Made by a program: the position numbers and the translations under genes. From Candidatus Xenobia bacterium (GTDB lineage: Bacteria > Vulcanimicrobiota > Xenobia > Xenobiales > QWHO01), in NCBI GenBank assembly GCA_045863235.1, contig BTUM01000014.1, forward strand, positions 1 through 64,000: a stretch of DNA of 64,000 bases, in the 5' to 3' direction. Within the stretch, counting starts at the first letter, position 1, and every line of letters starts with the position of its first letter. Below the pieces are notes generated by a model that worked only from the letters and a program-made list of their open reading frames with translations, was not told the DNA's origin and did no database searches. Positions 22,072 to 32,328 of the stretch are shown here, piece by piece.

Positions 22072-22499
22072 AGATCGTCGATCTCAACTTGCTGCTGTAT
22101 GCAGTGAATGCTTCGGCCCCCGGCCACGAGCGGGCTTTCAACTGGTGGAATCAGGCCCTCAACGAGGAGGAGCAGATCGGTCTGGCCTGGAGCGTTGTGC
22201 TGGGGTTTCTCCGGCTCACCACGCGTCCGGGCCTCTTCAGTCGACCTCTCAAAGCCGAGCAGGCTATCCAAGTGCTCGATTCGTGGATGAGTCGACCCAA
22301 CGTGCTGGCGCTTCAGCCCGCAGCGCGCCACTGGTCCATCCTCTGCGAGTTGATCCGAGCCGCGGGCACGGCTGGCAATCTGACCTCCGATGCACACCTG
22401 GCCGCGCTTGCCATCGAGTATGGAGCGACGCTCTACTCCAGCGACAACGACTTTCGGCGTTTTGGACTCGGGCTGACCTTCGTCAATCCGCTGGAGTGA
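22068..22499 (+). CDS. vapC: VapC PIN-domain ribonuclease toxin
   Basis: 'IVDLNLLLYA', 'NLTSDAHLAALAIEYG' and 'SSDNDFRRF' PIN acidic residues. Confidence 0.93.
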   Translation: MKIVDLNLLLYAVNASAPGHERAFNWWNQALNEEEQIGLAWSVVLGFLRLTTRPGLFSRPLKAEQAIQVLDSWMSRPNVLALQPAARHWSILCELIRAAGTAGNLTSDAHLAALAIEYGATLYSSDNDFRRFGLGLTFVNPLE

Positions 22500-24300
22500 C
22501 CCCGGTGGGCTCCTCCGGTTTTGATGAGGGCGCCGGCGCGTGTCCGCCGTGGCCCATCTCCTCCTCGGGGAACGGCTCCAGGCTTTCCTTGGTGAAGGAG
22601 AAGGCCAGCATCATGGCTGCCATCACCAGGTAGGCCGCCGTGAACTGATAGGGAATCTGGCGCGCCGCCGCCTGGAGCTGCTCTTCGGTCAGCTCGGACT
22701 TCCTCTTGAGCACCTCCAGCTTGTGCGGGTCAACCGCCGCCTCGGGCGCGGCCAGCTGCTCGCCGGCCTTCTTGCGCGTCTCCTCCACGAAGGGCTTGAT
22801 CAGGTGCGCCGGGGCCAGCTGGCCCCAGGGCAGGTACATCTTGCCATCGGGATCAACCGAGTGGACGATGCCAAAGAAGGTCAACCCGGCCAGGATCACC
22901 AGGTAGGCCGAGGCTGCGCGCAGCTTGCGGTCGATCAGGCAGGACACCACCGCGCCCCACAGCATGGCCGTCAGGATGAAGCCGTTGCCGAGGGCCACGG
23001 TGACGATGTTCTCGGGCAGGATCTTGGAGTGCCCGATGCCCGGCACCACCTCGAGCAGCTCCTCGCAGTACTTGTTGGTGGGGGGCATCAAGAGGGCCAG
23101 AATCTTGATCTGCACCAGCCGGGCCACGCTGGGGATGTAGGCGAAGGCCACGGCCGGGGTGTGACGGGCCGGGACGGCCAGAAAGGCCTGCACCATGATG
23201 TCCAGGGCCACGAAAATCAGGATGGGCGCCAGCACCGCCTTGGGGATCAGCTCCACGATGAAGCCGATGTAGCCCAGAATGCCGCCCAGCCCCACGAAAA
23301 GACCGGTCAGCAGGGTGTAGCCGGCGCGCGCGCCCATCGCCTTGTAGGCCGGCTGCCCGATGTAGGGGGTGCTCTGGGCCACGCCGCCGCAGACGCCGGC
23401 GATCAGGGTGGCCACCGCCTCGGTGAGCAGGATGTCGCGGGTGCTGTAGTCGTCGCCGCCCACGCGGGCGCTCTCGGTCACGTTGATGCCGCCCACCACC
23501 GTCAAGATGGCGAAGGGGAAGGCGATGGGCAGGTAGTTGAGGGCCTCGGCGAAGCCTTTGAGGAAGCCCAGCGTGGGGGTGGGGAAGCCCATGTGGAAGG
23601 TGGCCGAAGGGGCCGAGTAGATGCCGCCGGTCAGCCCGGCCGGGGCCAGCAGGTAGTAGAGCATCGTACCGAAGAGCACCGAGGCGGCCACCCCGGGAAA
23701 GTTGCCGGGCAGCCGGATGCGGGCCACCAGGTTGTAGAGGATCAGACCCAGCGCCACGCAGCCCACCAGGGGGGCGCCCATGATCTCGACCATGGGGATG
23801 AAGCCGATCAGGGCCAGGCCGATGCCGGCCAGCGAGCCCAGGAGGCCCGCCTGGGGCACGATGCGCTGCAAGAAGCTGCCCGTGAAGGAGAAGACCAGCT
23901 TGATGATGCCGATCAGCACCATGGTGGCCATGCCCACGTACCAGGTCATCAAGGCCGCATCCTCGGGGGTCATGCGGCCCTTCATGGTGAGATAGCAGGG
24001 GCCCAGCACCGTGAAGGCCACGCCGATGGTGGAGGGCGTGTCCAGGCCCAGCGGCATGGCGGTCACGTTGTTGTTGCCCGTCTTCTTGGCCAGCTGGAAA
24101 GCCATCCAGGTGTAGACCATGTCTCCGAAGAACACGCCGAAGGCCGTGCCCGGGAACATCTTCGTGTAGACGATCTCGGCCGGGAAGTCGAACACGAAGA
24201 CCAGGATGCCGGACAGGAACGCCAGCACGGTGAGATTGTCGAACATCAGCCCGAAGAACCCGTTCAGGTCTCCGGCCACGAACCAGCGGTAGCGCTTCAT
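22483..24300 (-). CDS. NCS2-like (xanthine/uracil/vitamin C) permease
   Basis: Start MKRYRWF; 'GDLNGFFGL', 'TAMPLGLDTP' and 'PYIGQPAYKAMGAR'; many TM helices. Confidence 0.85.
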   Translation of the reverse strand: MKRYRWFVAGDLNGFFGLMFDNLTVLAFLSGILVFVFDFPAEIVYTKMFPGTAFGVFFGDMVYTWMAFQLAKKTGNNNVTAMPLGLDTPSTIGVAFTVLGPCYLTMKGRMTPEDAALMTWYVGMATMVLIGIIKLVFSFTGSFLQRIVPQAGLLGSLAGIGLALIGFIPMVEIMGAPLVGCVALGLILYNLVARIRLPGNFPGVAASVLFGTMLYYLLAPAGLTGGIYSAPSATFHMGFPTPTLGFLKGFAEALNYLPIAFPFAILTVVGGINVTESARVGGDDYSTRDILLTEAVATLIAGVCGGVAQSTPYIGQPAYKAMGARAGYTLLTGLFVGLGGILGYIGFIVELIPKAVLAPILIFVALDIMVQAFLAVPARHTPAVAFAYIPSVARLVQIKILALLMPPTNKYCEELLEVVPGIGHSKILPENIVTVALGNGFILTAMLWGAVVSCLIDRKLRAASAYLVILAGLTFFGIVHSVDPDGKMYLPWGQLAPAHLIKPFVEETRKKAGEQLAAPEAAVDPHKLEVLKRKSELTEEQLQAAARQIPYQFTAAYLVMAAMMLAFSFTKESLEPFPEEEMGHGGHAPAPSSKPEEPTGVTPAD

Positions 24301-26747
24301 GGGCCGTCCTTCGTCTCGGGCGAGGGGGTGCCCTCCGGTCGCCTGATCGGCACGCGCACCGAGCCCACCCGCAGGGAGTCTCCCTCCACGCCCACCACCA
24401 GACCGGGCCCGCCGGTCGAGCCATCCTCGTAGAGCCAGCCTTTGAGAGCGGCCTTCCAGGCCTCCTCGGGGCTCTGGCCGCGCTCGATGGCGCTCTCCAG
24501 GGCCCGGCTCGCGTTCAGGGCATCGGGGAACTTGCGGTCGGTGAGCGCATAGAGCTTCTCGAAGCGATCCCAACGCTCGCTCTGATCGCCCAGGTGCTCC
24601 AGGGCGGCGCGCAGCTCTCCGTCTTTCTTGAGCTGCTCGCTGCAGCGAGCGCGAGAGTCCTCGCCCTGGCTCAGCCCCTGGCGCAGGGCCTGCCAGGCCT
24701 CCCGCGAGTTGCCCGCCAGCTCGAGCTGCTCCAGGCGCTCTTTCACGGGCAGCTCTCCGCTCCTGAGCTGCTCCAGGGCCTCCTTGAGGGCGGCCTGGCG
24801 CAGACGGCGCACCACGCCCTCGAGCAAAGTTGGACGCTCCTTGTGCTCGCGCAGCTCGAGCCCGAAGCGATCCAGGAAAGCCTTGCGCTCGGGCCTTCCG
24901 CGGGTCATCCCCTCGCAGAGCTCCACCTCGGCCAGTTGCTCGGGCGTGAAGCTCTCCAGCTTGCCGGCGGCCAGCACGGGCAGCTCACTGGCCTCGCTCC
25001 GATGCCGCTGCACGAGTTCCTCCACCACTTTGTCCACCGGCGGGGGCGAAAAGCCCCTCTGGGACGGCATCTTGTAGGCCAGCTGCAGCGCCTCGCGAGC
25101 CGGCAGGGCGGCCATGCGGCGAGGACGGAACTGCTCGGCGATGCGCCCCAGAGTGTCCAGGTCGCGTCGATCGGGGGGTGGCTCCCGGCGCATCTCGGGC
25201 TCGAGTCGCTCGGCGAGGCGCTCGGAGAGCTCCTCGGGCAGCTCGAGCGAGGCCAGCAGGGCCAGAGCCGCTTCCCCGCGAGGGCCGTCCAGCTCGCTCA
25301 CCAGCCGGTCGACGCGCCCGCCCGGCGGGTGGAAGACGAAGGCCATCGCGTCTCCCATCATGCGGTAGGGATCCACCCCGTTGGGCTCGCGATAGAGGCC
25401 CTCGCTCAGTTTGGGGGTGGGATCGCTGAGCAATCGCTCGAGCAGGCGGTCGCGCAGGTCCTCGGAGAAGGCGGTCGGGTCCTGCTCGGCCGCCATCCGC
25501 ACGCTCCGTAGCGTATAGCGGAAGTTCTCGGCCGAGCCTTCGTACTTGAAAACGCTGGCGTCGGGCAGCTCCAGGCGGCGGGCCAGCCACTCCTGCTGGG
25601 CGGCGTCGGGGCGCCAGTGGCCTTCTTTGAGGCCCTGGTGCATCAGGCGGTGCTGCTGCTCGTCCAGGCGCAGGTCGCTCTGGGAGGTGTAGAGATCCAG
25701 CGCCTGGCGGGTCCAGTCGGGCCTCGTGCCGGCCAGCTCGACGGCGGCGTGCGAGCTGTTCAGCTCGTCGCAGAGCAAGAACGGGGCAAGCTCGCGCTCG
25801 AAGAAATCTGTTGGCCGCTCCTGTCGTCGCTGAGGATCGGCCACCTGCGGGAACACCTGCACCAGCTCTTTGAGCAGCCACACCTTGTGGCGCCCCTCCC
25901 CGAAGCTCCAGGCCAGGCGGCCCCGGGCCTCGGCCTCCGAGCCCACCCGGGCCAGCCGCTCGGCGTGGGGCTCGAGGGCCTGTTTGAGGGGAGCGTGCTT
26001 GACCAGCCGGATCACCCGGTCGATGTCGTCGGCGTTGCCCACGAGGTCGAAGCGATCGAGCAGCGCGCCCACCACCAGGGCGGCCTCCATGGGCTCCATT
26101 GCGGCCAGCTTGTCCAGACCCGGAGCGGGCACATTGGACTGGGCCGGCAGCTCGGACAGCACCTCCTCGGCCAGGGCGGCGATGCGTGGAGGGGCGGGAG
26201 GCGGAGGAGCGTGGAGGTGGACCACGCCGTCGCGCACGGCCGGTCGTCCGGCCGCTACCAGGCCGTAGAGGTCGTCCTCGGGCGTAATGGGGCGGCCTTG
26301 ATAGCGGATCTCGAGCTGGCCCTTATCGCGCCAGTCGGTCAGAGCCTTGAGACAGGCGCGGGCCCAGGCGCGGTCCTGCTCCACCGGCTCGCGATGGCGG
26401 TGGCCAGGTGGGAGGTTGGCCCGCTCGCGCACCGTGCACGAATGGGCGACTCCCGTCAGGGCTCGGGCCGCCTGGTCGGGCACTCGACCGCGCCCCACGG
26501 CCTTCACCAGGGCGTCGATCTCGGGTTGGGGCGAAAGCTCGGCGTCGAAGTAGGTCATGGTCTGCAGGCCCATGCGGAAGTCGAGTTTGCTGAGCCGGTC
26601 GAGGTCTTGCGAAGGCAACACCACGGTCGACTCGGTCGGCGGACCCGGGACGTAGGCGTCCACGGGGCCCGTCGTGACCGACGTGGAGCCGTCCCGAGCC
26701 GCCGCCACGGGGCGCAGGGCACCACTCCAGAGGGCGTGAATCTGCAT
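24297..26747 (-). CDS. Large alpha-helical hypothetical protein
   Basis: Long ORF with GC3-biased codons; its stop overlaps the permease start (ATGA). Confidence 0.7.
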   Translation of the reverse strand: MQIHALWSGALRPVAAARDGSTSVTTGPVDAYVPGPPTESTVVLPSQDLDRLSKLDFRMGLQTMTYFDAELSPQPEIDALVKAVGRGRVPDQAARALTGVAHSCTVRERANLPPGHRHREPVEQDRAWARACLKALTDWRDKGQLEIRYQGRPITPEDDLYGLVAAGRPAVRDGVVHLHAPPPPAPPRIAALAEEVLSELPAQSNVPAPGLDKLAAMEPMEAALVVGALLDRFDLVGNADDIDRVIRLVKHAPLKQALEPHAERLARVGSEAEARGRLAWSFGEGRHKVWLLKELVQVFPQVADPQRRQERPTDFFERELAPFLLCDELNSSHAAVELAGTRPDWTRQALDLYTSQSDLRLDEQQHRLMHQGLKEGHWRPDAAQQEWLARRLELPDASVFKYEGSAENFRYTLRSVRMAAEQDPTAFSEDLRDRLLERLLSDPTPKLSEGLYREPNGVDPYRMMGDAMAFVFHPPGGRVDRLVSELDGPRGEAALALLASLELPEELSERLAERLEPEMRREPPPDRRDLDTLGRIAEQFRPRRMAALPAREALQLAYKMPSQRGFSPPPVDKVVEELVQRHRSEASELPVLAAGKLESFTPEQLAEVELCEGMTRGRPERKAFLDRFGLELREHKERPTLLEGVVRRLRQAALKEALEQLRSGELPVKERLEQLELAGNSREAWQALRQGLSQGEDSRARCSEQLKKDGELRAALEHLGDQSERWDRFEKLYALTDRKFPDALNASRALESAIERGQSPEEAWKAALKGWLYEDGSTGGPGLVVGVEGDSLRVGSVRVPIRRPEGTPSPETKDGP

Positions 26748-26814
26748 GCTTACCATGCAACCAAGAGGCGCTGAAAGAAGGCTCAAAGGCGCTCGAGGAG
26801 CAATCTCCCGGGCC

Positions 26815-28614
26815 ATGGTCAGATTGTGGACCGCTCCTGTCGTCGCTCAATTGTTGCTGGTCGTGCTCTTGCTCCTCACCGGCTGCGGCCAGCCGGCGGG
26901 GAACGAGCCGAGCCCCGAGAGCAAGGCGCCGCCCGGTTTTCTGGCCGTGGGCGAGCATCACCTGAGCTTCCAGCCTCCGGCTGGCTTTCAACCTACCGAG
27001 CGGGTCTGGTCGCACGGCAAGGAGGGCACGTTGCGCGCCACCGACGCCGGAGCCGACCCGCACCGCGCGTCCGCCGACCGCCTGGAGAAGGCGCTGGCCG
27101 ACTCGGAGATAGACCCCGAGGAGCGCTCGCTCGAGCTATCCCGATTCCCGTACGTCAGCTTCGAGTTCGAGCCCGACCGGGACGAAGTCTACGCTCTGCG
27201 CAAGAAGGTCGACCAGGCCCGGCGCGCGTTCCTCACCGACCCGGCCCGAGGCAAGAAGCTGGGCGCGCAGGTGCTCGAAGAGCTGCGCCGGCGCCAGCTT
27301 CCCGAAGACCTCCAGGCGCGCGTCGAGCACTACTTCGTGGTCGAGAGCCGACGCTCGGAGGCAAAGGCTCTCAACTGGCTCAAACCGATCGAGGGCTTGG
27401 ACCCTCCCCGCGCCCTGGCCAGCTATCGCAGCCGCTATGGAGCGAGCACGGCGCTGTTCGTGCTCTACCGCGGCCACCTGGTGGCGTTCGTCCTGAGCGG
27501 TCCACCGGAGGCCTCCGAGCAGCGCCTGCGCGAGCTGGCCTCGAGCCTGAGCTTCGATGTGGCCGCCCCGGCGGTGGTGGCCTCGGCCACTCCCCCACCG
27601 CCCCCCTCTTTGCTCGAGCAGCAACAGCAGCAGCGCGAGAAAGAGGAGCAACGGCGCCGCGGCAAGTCGTCCAGCCGGGCCTGGCTCACCTTGCTGCCGG
27701 TCTTCATCTTGCTGCTCTTCACCTCGCTGCCGGCCTATCTCGGGGCCACCGGCGGCTACCAGGCGGCCGTTTCGTCGGGACGAAACGTGCGCGCCAAAGC
27801 GGGCGAACGGGCCTTCTACGCCACCCTGGCGGGGGTCTTCGTGGGTTGCCTGGTGGCTTCGTTTGCGCTCTTTCTGGTGGCAGCCAGCGCGGAAGGAGGC
27901 GGCGGGATCATGAGCCCGCTGATGGGCTGGTTCGTGATCACCGTGTTCATGGCCATCTACGGCATCGTGGCCGGGCTGGTGGGGGGCGCGCTGGCCGGGG
28001 TGGGCGCCTGGATCGGGGCCGGCACGGGCCCCCGCTTCAGCGGCCTGCTGGCCGCGATTTTTGCCGCTCTTGGAGCGGTGGTGGGGCCTTTCATGCTGGG
28101 CTGGATGCCGGTCAAGAAGAAGCACCGCTACCGCACGGCCCTCCCGGTTCCAGAGGTCTCAGTGCAGCGAGAAAGCCTCCACCAGGGAGGAGAAGTCGGC
28201 GTAAGTCCGGGGGAGGAAGTGATGCTGCGAGCGCCGGTCCGCCTCGCGCACCGCGCCGGCCAGCTGGCTGCCCAGCAAAGCCCCCAGGGCCGCTCGTCCC
28301 CAGTCCAGGGTGGGTGGCGTGGGCGGGAGAGCGATCTCCTTCCAGAGGCGGTCGAGGGCCTCCTCGACGAGCAGCTGCTGGAGCTGGGGGCTGAGGTCGA
28401 ACTGGTCCGCGCCCCGGCGTCGGCCGCGTCGTCGCCTGGAGCGCTGCTCGGAGGGCTCCGACTCGATGAGCCAGGAGGGCACCATCAGCGCACGCTGACG
28501 GTTCCATTCCGGATTGGTCATCTGGACAGGCGAGACGATCATTGCGATGGCATGAAACCCTGCCAGCCTGAAAAAAGCCTGAAGCCCGGCTTCAGGCGGG
28601 GTCGATCAGCTTGA
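26815..28614 (+). CDS. Hypothetical lipoprotein with a C-terminal multi-TM region; true end probably near 28130
   Basis: Lipobox LTGC, soluble domain, Pro/Gln linker and about four TM helices. The tail after KKKHRY overlaps an antisense ORF. Confidence 0.6.
   Translation: MVRLWTAPVVAQLLLVVLLLLTGCGQPAGNEPSPESKAPPGFLAVGEHHLSFQPPAGFQPTERVWSHGKEGTLRATDAGADPHRASADRLEKALADSEIDPEERSLELSRFPYVSFEFEPDRDEVYALRKKVDQARRAFLTDPARGKKLGAQVLEELRRRQLPEDLQARVEHYFVVESRRSEAKALNWLKPIEGLDPPRALASYRSRYGASTALFVLYRGHLVAFVLSGPPEASEQRLRELASSLSFDVAAPAVVASATPPPPPSLLEQQQQQREKEEQRRRGKSSSRAWLTLLPVFILLLFTSLPAYLGATGGYQAAVSSGRNVRAKAGERAFYATLAGVFVGCLVASFALFLVAASAEGGGGIMSPLMGWFVITVFMAIYGIVAGLVGGALAGVGAWIGAGTGPRFSGLLAAIFAALGAVVGPFMLGWMPVKKKHRYRTALPVPEVSVQRESLHQGGEVGVSPGEEVMLRAPVRLAHRAGQLAAQQSPQGRSSPVQGGWRGRESDLLPEAVEGLLDEQLLELGAEVELVRAPASAASSPGALLGGLRLDEPGGHHQRTLTVPFRIGHLDRRDDHCDGMKPCQPEKSLKPGFRRGRSA
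28159..28542 (-). CDS. Hypothetical protein
   Basis: Protein-like composition and a 'DQFDLS' leader motif shared with other genes here. Confidence 0.55.
   Translation of the reverse strand: MIVSPVQMTNPEWNRQRALMVPSWLIESEPSEQRSRRRRGRRRGADQFDLSPQLQQLLVEEALDRLWKEIALPPTPPTLDWGRAALGALLGSQLAGAVREADRRSQHHFLPRTYADFSSLVEAFSLH
28577..28597 (-). terminator. Hairpin followed by T6 on the minus strand
   Basis: GCCTGAAGC-CCG-GCTTCAGGC with A6 at 28571-28576 on the + strand. Confidence 0.4.
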
Positions 28615-28736
28615 GGCTGACGGCGCCGCCGTGAACCAGCGAGCAGTCAATCGCTCCCCCCTATCGCGGCAGGAGGGAACTATGGAGAAGAAACATAATG
28701 TAACTGATGCATAATCACTGAAAAGGGATTTTCACC

Positions 28737-30080
28737 TTGGAGCTTCCCTTCCTGAATCGAGTCGAGGAGATGCGTCGTCTGACGCGATTCCTCCGACGAG
28801 GCACCGGCTCGCTGGCCACGGTGTTCGGCCGCCGTCGCGGCGGAAAGTCCAGGCTGCTGCAAGAGGCAGTCGCGTCGGACCGCGGCATTTACTTCCTGGC
28901 CGATGAGCGGGAGCCTTCGCTGCAGAGAGCCTCCCTGGCCAGGGAGATGGCACGGCTGCTGCCCGGTTTTGCCGAGGTGCAATACCCTGACTGGGAGGCT
29001 CTGCTCGGCCGGTGGTGGCGGGAGGCCCCGCGGGGGACGACACTGATCCTCGACGAGTTCCCCGCCCTGGTGAGCATGGATGCGAGCCTCCCCGGCGTGC
29101 TGCAGCGCCAGCATGATCTGGGGAAAAATCAGGGAGTCCACCTGATCCTCTGTGGCTCGTCCCAGCGGATGATGCAGGGTCTGGTGCTCGATCGCACGGC
29201 GCCGCTGTTCGGCCGGTCCACGGAGATTCTCAAAATCGACCCGCTCCCGGCCGGCTGGATCCGCGAGGCGCTGCCGGGATTGTCGGCCACCGAGGCCGTG
29301 GAGGCTTTCAGTCTCTGGGGTGGAGTTCCGCGCTACTGGGAGCTGGCCGCTGACTTTTCCGACTCCTGGTCGGCCCTGCAGGACCTGGTGCTCGACCCCC
29401 TGGGAGTGCTGCACCAGGAGCCCCTGACGCTGCTGCTCGACGACCTGCGTGACCCGGCCCAGTCAGCCTCAATCCTGGAGCTGATCGGACGAGGGTGCCA
29501 CCGCCCGTCGGAACTGGCGGCCCGTCTGGAGAAGCCGGTCACATCGCTCTCTCGTCCGCTGCAGAGGCTGGTGGAGCTGGGCCTCGTGGTGCGCGAACGT
29601 CCGTTTCCCGGCCTGGAGAAGCGCACGCTCTATCGCCTGGCCGACCCTTTCTTGCGATTCTGGTTCCGCTTCGTTGCACCCAATCGGTCCGCCCTGGCCC
29701 GCCGGAACGAGGGCATGGTGGCCTCGATTCGGGCCGACCTGGGCCTGCACGTGGCCACAGTGTGGGAAGACCTCGTACGGGCCGCAGTGCCGGGCTCGAA
29801 GCTGTTCGGGCTCGAATGGGGCGAGGCACAACGCTGGTGGAGCAAAGCTGCAGAGGTCGACGTCGTAGCCGAGAGCACTGATGGGAGTGCTTTGCTGGTG
29901 GGAACGGTGAAGTGGGAGCAGCGCACGGACGTCGGGCGGGCTCTGGGAGAGTTGGAGCGAGTGAATGCGCTCATCCCAGGCAGCCAGGGGCGCGAGGTCT
30001 TCCGGTGTGGCTGGGTGCGCTCGGGGAAGGCCCGAGCGAATGTGCTGGGGCCGGAGTGGGTGCTCGACAGGCTCAGGTGA
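28737..30080 (+). CDS. AAA+ 'archaeal ATPase' family protein (ATPase, wHTH, DUF234/PD-(D/E)xK-like tail)
   Basis: 'FLNRVEE', Walker A GRRRGGKS, Walker B ILDEF, 'LCGSS', 'WGGVPRY', 'DPFLRFWFRF' and 'EVDVV...VKW'. Confidence 0.9.
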   Translation: MELPFLNRVEEMRRLTRFLRRGTGSLATVFGRRRGGKSRLLQEAVASDRGIYFLADEREPSLQRASLAREMARLLPGFAEVQYPDWEALLGRWWREAPRGTTLILDEFPALVSMDASLPGVLQRQHDLGKNQGVHLILCGSSQRMMQGLVLDRTAPLFGRSTEILKIDPLPAGWIREALPGLSATEAVEAFSLWGGVPRYWELAADFSDSWSALQDLVLDPLGVLHQEPLTLLLDDLRDPAQSASILELIGRGCHRPSELAARLEKPVTSLSRPLQRLVELGLVVRERPFPGLEKRTLYRLADPFLRFWFRFVAPNRSALARRNEGMVASIRADLGLHVATVWEDLVRAAVPGSKLFGLEWGEAQRWWSKAAEVDVVAESTDGSALLVGTVKWEQRTDVGRALGELERVNALIPGSQGREVFRCGWVRSGKARANVLGPEWVLDRLR

Positions 30081-30270
30081 GGACGACCCCGTCAGTATCT
30101 CGGCCGGTCGCGAGCTCCGGGTTGCGGCCCTTGAACCCGGGGCTTTCCGGCGCGGCAGTACGCGCAGGTGGAGTGCGGCTATGGCCGCAGGAGTCAAATT
30201 GCTGACGGGCGTTCGATTTCCTCCGGATCGCAAGCTTGATTCTCCTGGATGTCCGAATTACGATCAGGGC

Positions 30271-31020
30271 GTGTCGGTGCTCGCTCAACTCTACGAGGCC
30301 TTCCTCGAAAACGGTATTCACGGGCCTATCGCGCTTCAGGACTCCTGCGCTCAACTCGATGAGCTCGTCGAGCTCGAGCTCGTCAGCGCCGATCCATTCC
30401 AGCGCGGTTATAGCCTGTCCGCGCTGGGAGTGCTCTACTGCGAGCACCACGAGCTGGCCGGGAGTGCCCAGGCTCAGGAGTTGCGTCGCGATATCCTGGC
30501 GACGCTATCGCGAGAGAGTGTGACCTTCGGCGAGCTGGTGGCCGTGCTGAGGCGGCCAGCCAGGGCCGTGCGCCACCAGTTGGAAGTCCTGGTGGCTTGC
30601 AGAAGGGTAGGCTTCTCTCGTCGCCACCTGCGCCTGCAGGATGGACTCCTGGACTATCCTGAGTACCTGGCCCACATCCTGGAGCGGCGCGAACGTGAGC
30701 AGGAAGCCCGCAGGCTCCTTTCCGAGGGGCTCACTCTGCCTCCCTTCGCATCGCTGGAAGAGCTGCTCCGAGCGCGTGTGCAGCGAGCCGATGTCCTCTA
30801 CCGGGAGGGGCGAACTGAGGACGCCCTGGGCGAACTGCGCCGCTGTCGCCAGGCTGTGCCCGAGGATGGGCGCATTCGACGCATTCTCGAGCGCGTTGAA
30901 CGCGAGGCACGCCGTGACTTCTGGGAAGGTTTCTGGGGTGAGGGCGACCTGGGAGGGGGGCTGGCCCCTCGTAAACCCCCTCCCCGACGACCCGGGCCAG
31001 GTTTAGGCCAGGACTTCTAA
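30271..31020 (+). CDS. Hypothetical protein with wHTH-like and TPR-like segments
   Basis: GTG start 6 nt after TACGAT; a single TPR-like helix pair near the C-terminus. Confidence 0.55.
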   Translation: MSVLAQLYEAFLENGIHGPIALQDSCAQLDELVELELVSADPFQRGYSLSALGVLYCEHHELAGSAQAQELRRDILATLSRESVTFGELVAVLRRPARAVRHQLEVLVACRRVGFSRRHLRLQDGLLDYPEYLAHILERREREQEARRLLSEGLTLPPFASLEELLRARVQRADVLYREGRTEDALGELRRCRQAVPEDGRIRRILERVEREARRDFWEGFWGEGDLGGGLAPRKPPPRRPGPGLGQDF

Positions 31021-31021
31021 A

Positions 31022-32182
31022 TTAGCCCAACCGCATGCGCGTGATCTGCTCCTCGCTGGGAAAACCGAGCGTGGCCACGCGGGGAGGGTGGTAGGCCAGC
31101 GGCTCGAGCAGCTCGCCGCACACCTCGTGAAGCTTCTCCCAGCGGAAGTAGCCCTGGCTGCGCCCCTGGCGCACCAGCGAGACCGTGGAGGCTCGGGGCA
31201 GAAGCTGCTGGCCGGCGGCCTCGTCCCAGCTGACCAGATCCACCCAGTGGCCGGTGTCACGGTCGCGGGCCAGCTCGTAGCCGGCCAACTGAGCCTCGGG
31301 ATGGTAGCTCTGCAGCAAGGGCGCCTGCAGCGCGTAGTCGCGAGCGGCGCTCTGCATGAACAGGCGGCGCACCGCTTCATAATGGGGGTGCTCCACCGCC
31401 GGCACGAACGGGTGCCAGGCGCCCCCGCGCCAGACCACCGGGATGGGCGAGAGCAGGCCGTCCTGACCGATGGCTTCCTGGGCCAGAGCCGCCAGGCGGC
31501 CGACTCCGGCCGCATCCTCCGAGCCGGTCACGGCCAGGGTGTCGGCCCGCAGGGCCAGGGCCACCGGGGAGCCCTTCACGGCCAGCGCCACCAATCGCTC
31601 GGCCAGCAGCAGGCGGGTGGCGTCGTAGCCGTCCTTCCAGGTCGAGACGAAGTAACCCGGGGCCAGCTCGCGGAACTCCGCCTGGCTGCGCTCGGCCAGG
31701 TTGAGGCGAGCCACCTTGAGGGCCTCCTCGAAGGAAACGTCCCACTCCTCGAGGTGCTCCAGGGTGAGCGCCACCGAGTCCTCGTGCACCAGCTCGAGGC
31801 CCAGCTCGGTGGAGAGGAGGCGGAAGGGGATGTCGGCCCCCAGCTGCAGGCGCGACTGCTCGAAGTAGATCCGCTCGCGCACTCGGGGAAGAAGCCCCGC
31901 GCGAGCTTCGGCGAAGGTATCCGGTGGCCCCTGGGCCTGTCCGCCCTCGAGCCAGACGCCGACGTAACGCTCGATGACCCCCCGGCGCTCGCGCCCGGCG
32001 GCGGCCACGTACTCGTCGTAGGCCTGGGCCAGGAAGAGGCGGATCTTGTCCTGCTCGACCTGCAGGCAGAAGTTGTCGCGGTCGAGGCGGATGGGACGCT
32101 CGTCGCCGGCTCGCCGGATGGCGTTGAGCAGGCTGGTTGCGAACGTCTCGCGATTGGGGGCTCCGAACAGGTTGCCGTACAT
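31022..32182 (-). CDS. Hypothetical protein (DUF1444-like)
   Basis: RBS GGAGG; 'LLPRVR', 'LEEWDVSFEEALKVARLNL' and 'DGYDATRLLL'. Confidence 0.65.
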   Translation of the reverse strand: MYGNLFGAPNRETFATSLLNAIRRAGDERPIRLDRDNFCLQVEQDKIRLFLAQAYDEYVAAAGRERRGVIERYVGVWLEGGQAQGPPDTFAEARAGLLPRVRERIYFEQSRLQLGADIPFRLLSTELGLELVHEDSVALTLEHLEEWDVSFEEALKVARLNLAERSQAEFRELAPGYFVSTWKDGYDATRLLLAERLVALAVKGSPVALALRADTLAVTGSEDAAGVGRLAALAQEAIGQDGLLSPIPVVWRGGAWHPFVPAVEHPHYEAVRRLFMQSAARDYALQAPLLQSYHPEAQLAGYELARDRDTGHWVDLVSWDEAAGQQLLPRASTVSLVRQGRSQGYFRWEKLHEVCGELLEPLAYHPPRVATLGFPSEEQITRMRLG

Positions 32183-32276
32183 CAGTTCCTCCTTGGGGGG
32201 CAGGGCAATTCTCCCCCCGGGCCCCAGATCCTCCGGTCGGAACGCACAGTGAGCGACCAGTTCGCCGTACTGCAGT

Positions 32277-32328
32277 TAAAGTGCACTCTACAACGTGCCA
32301 AAACTACGCTCCGGCGCGCACATTAGCG
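32277..32328. repeat. REP-like repeat (internally deleted)
   Basis: TAAAGTGCAC-TCTA-CAACGTGC ... GCACATTAGC. Confidence 0.55.

Noticed and set aside
22540..24432. Long antisense or alternate-frame ORFs (also 2351-3856, 37174-38625, 44702-46312, 49342-50736, 61285-62526)
   Set aside because: Typical high-GC shadow ORFs opposite well-supported genes.
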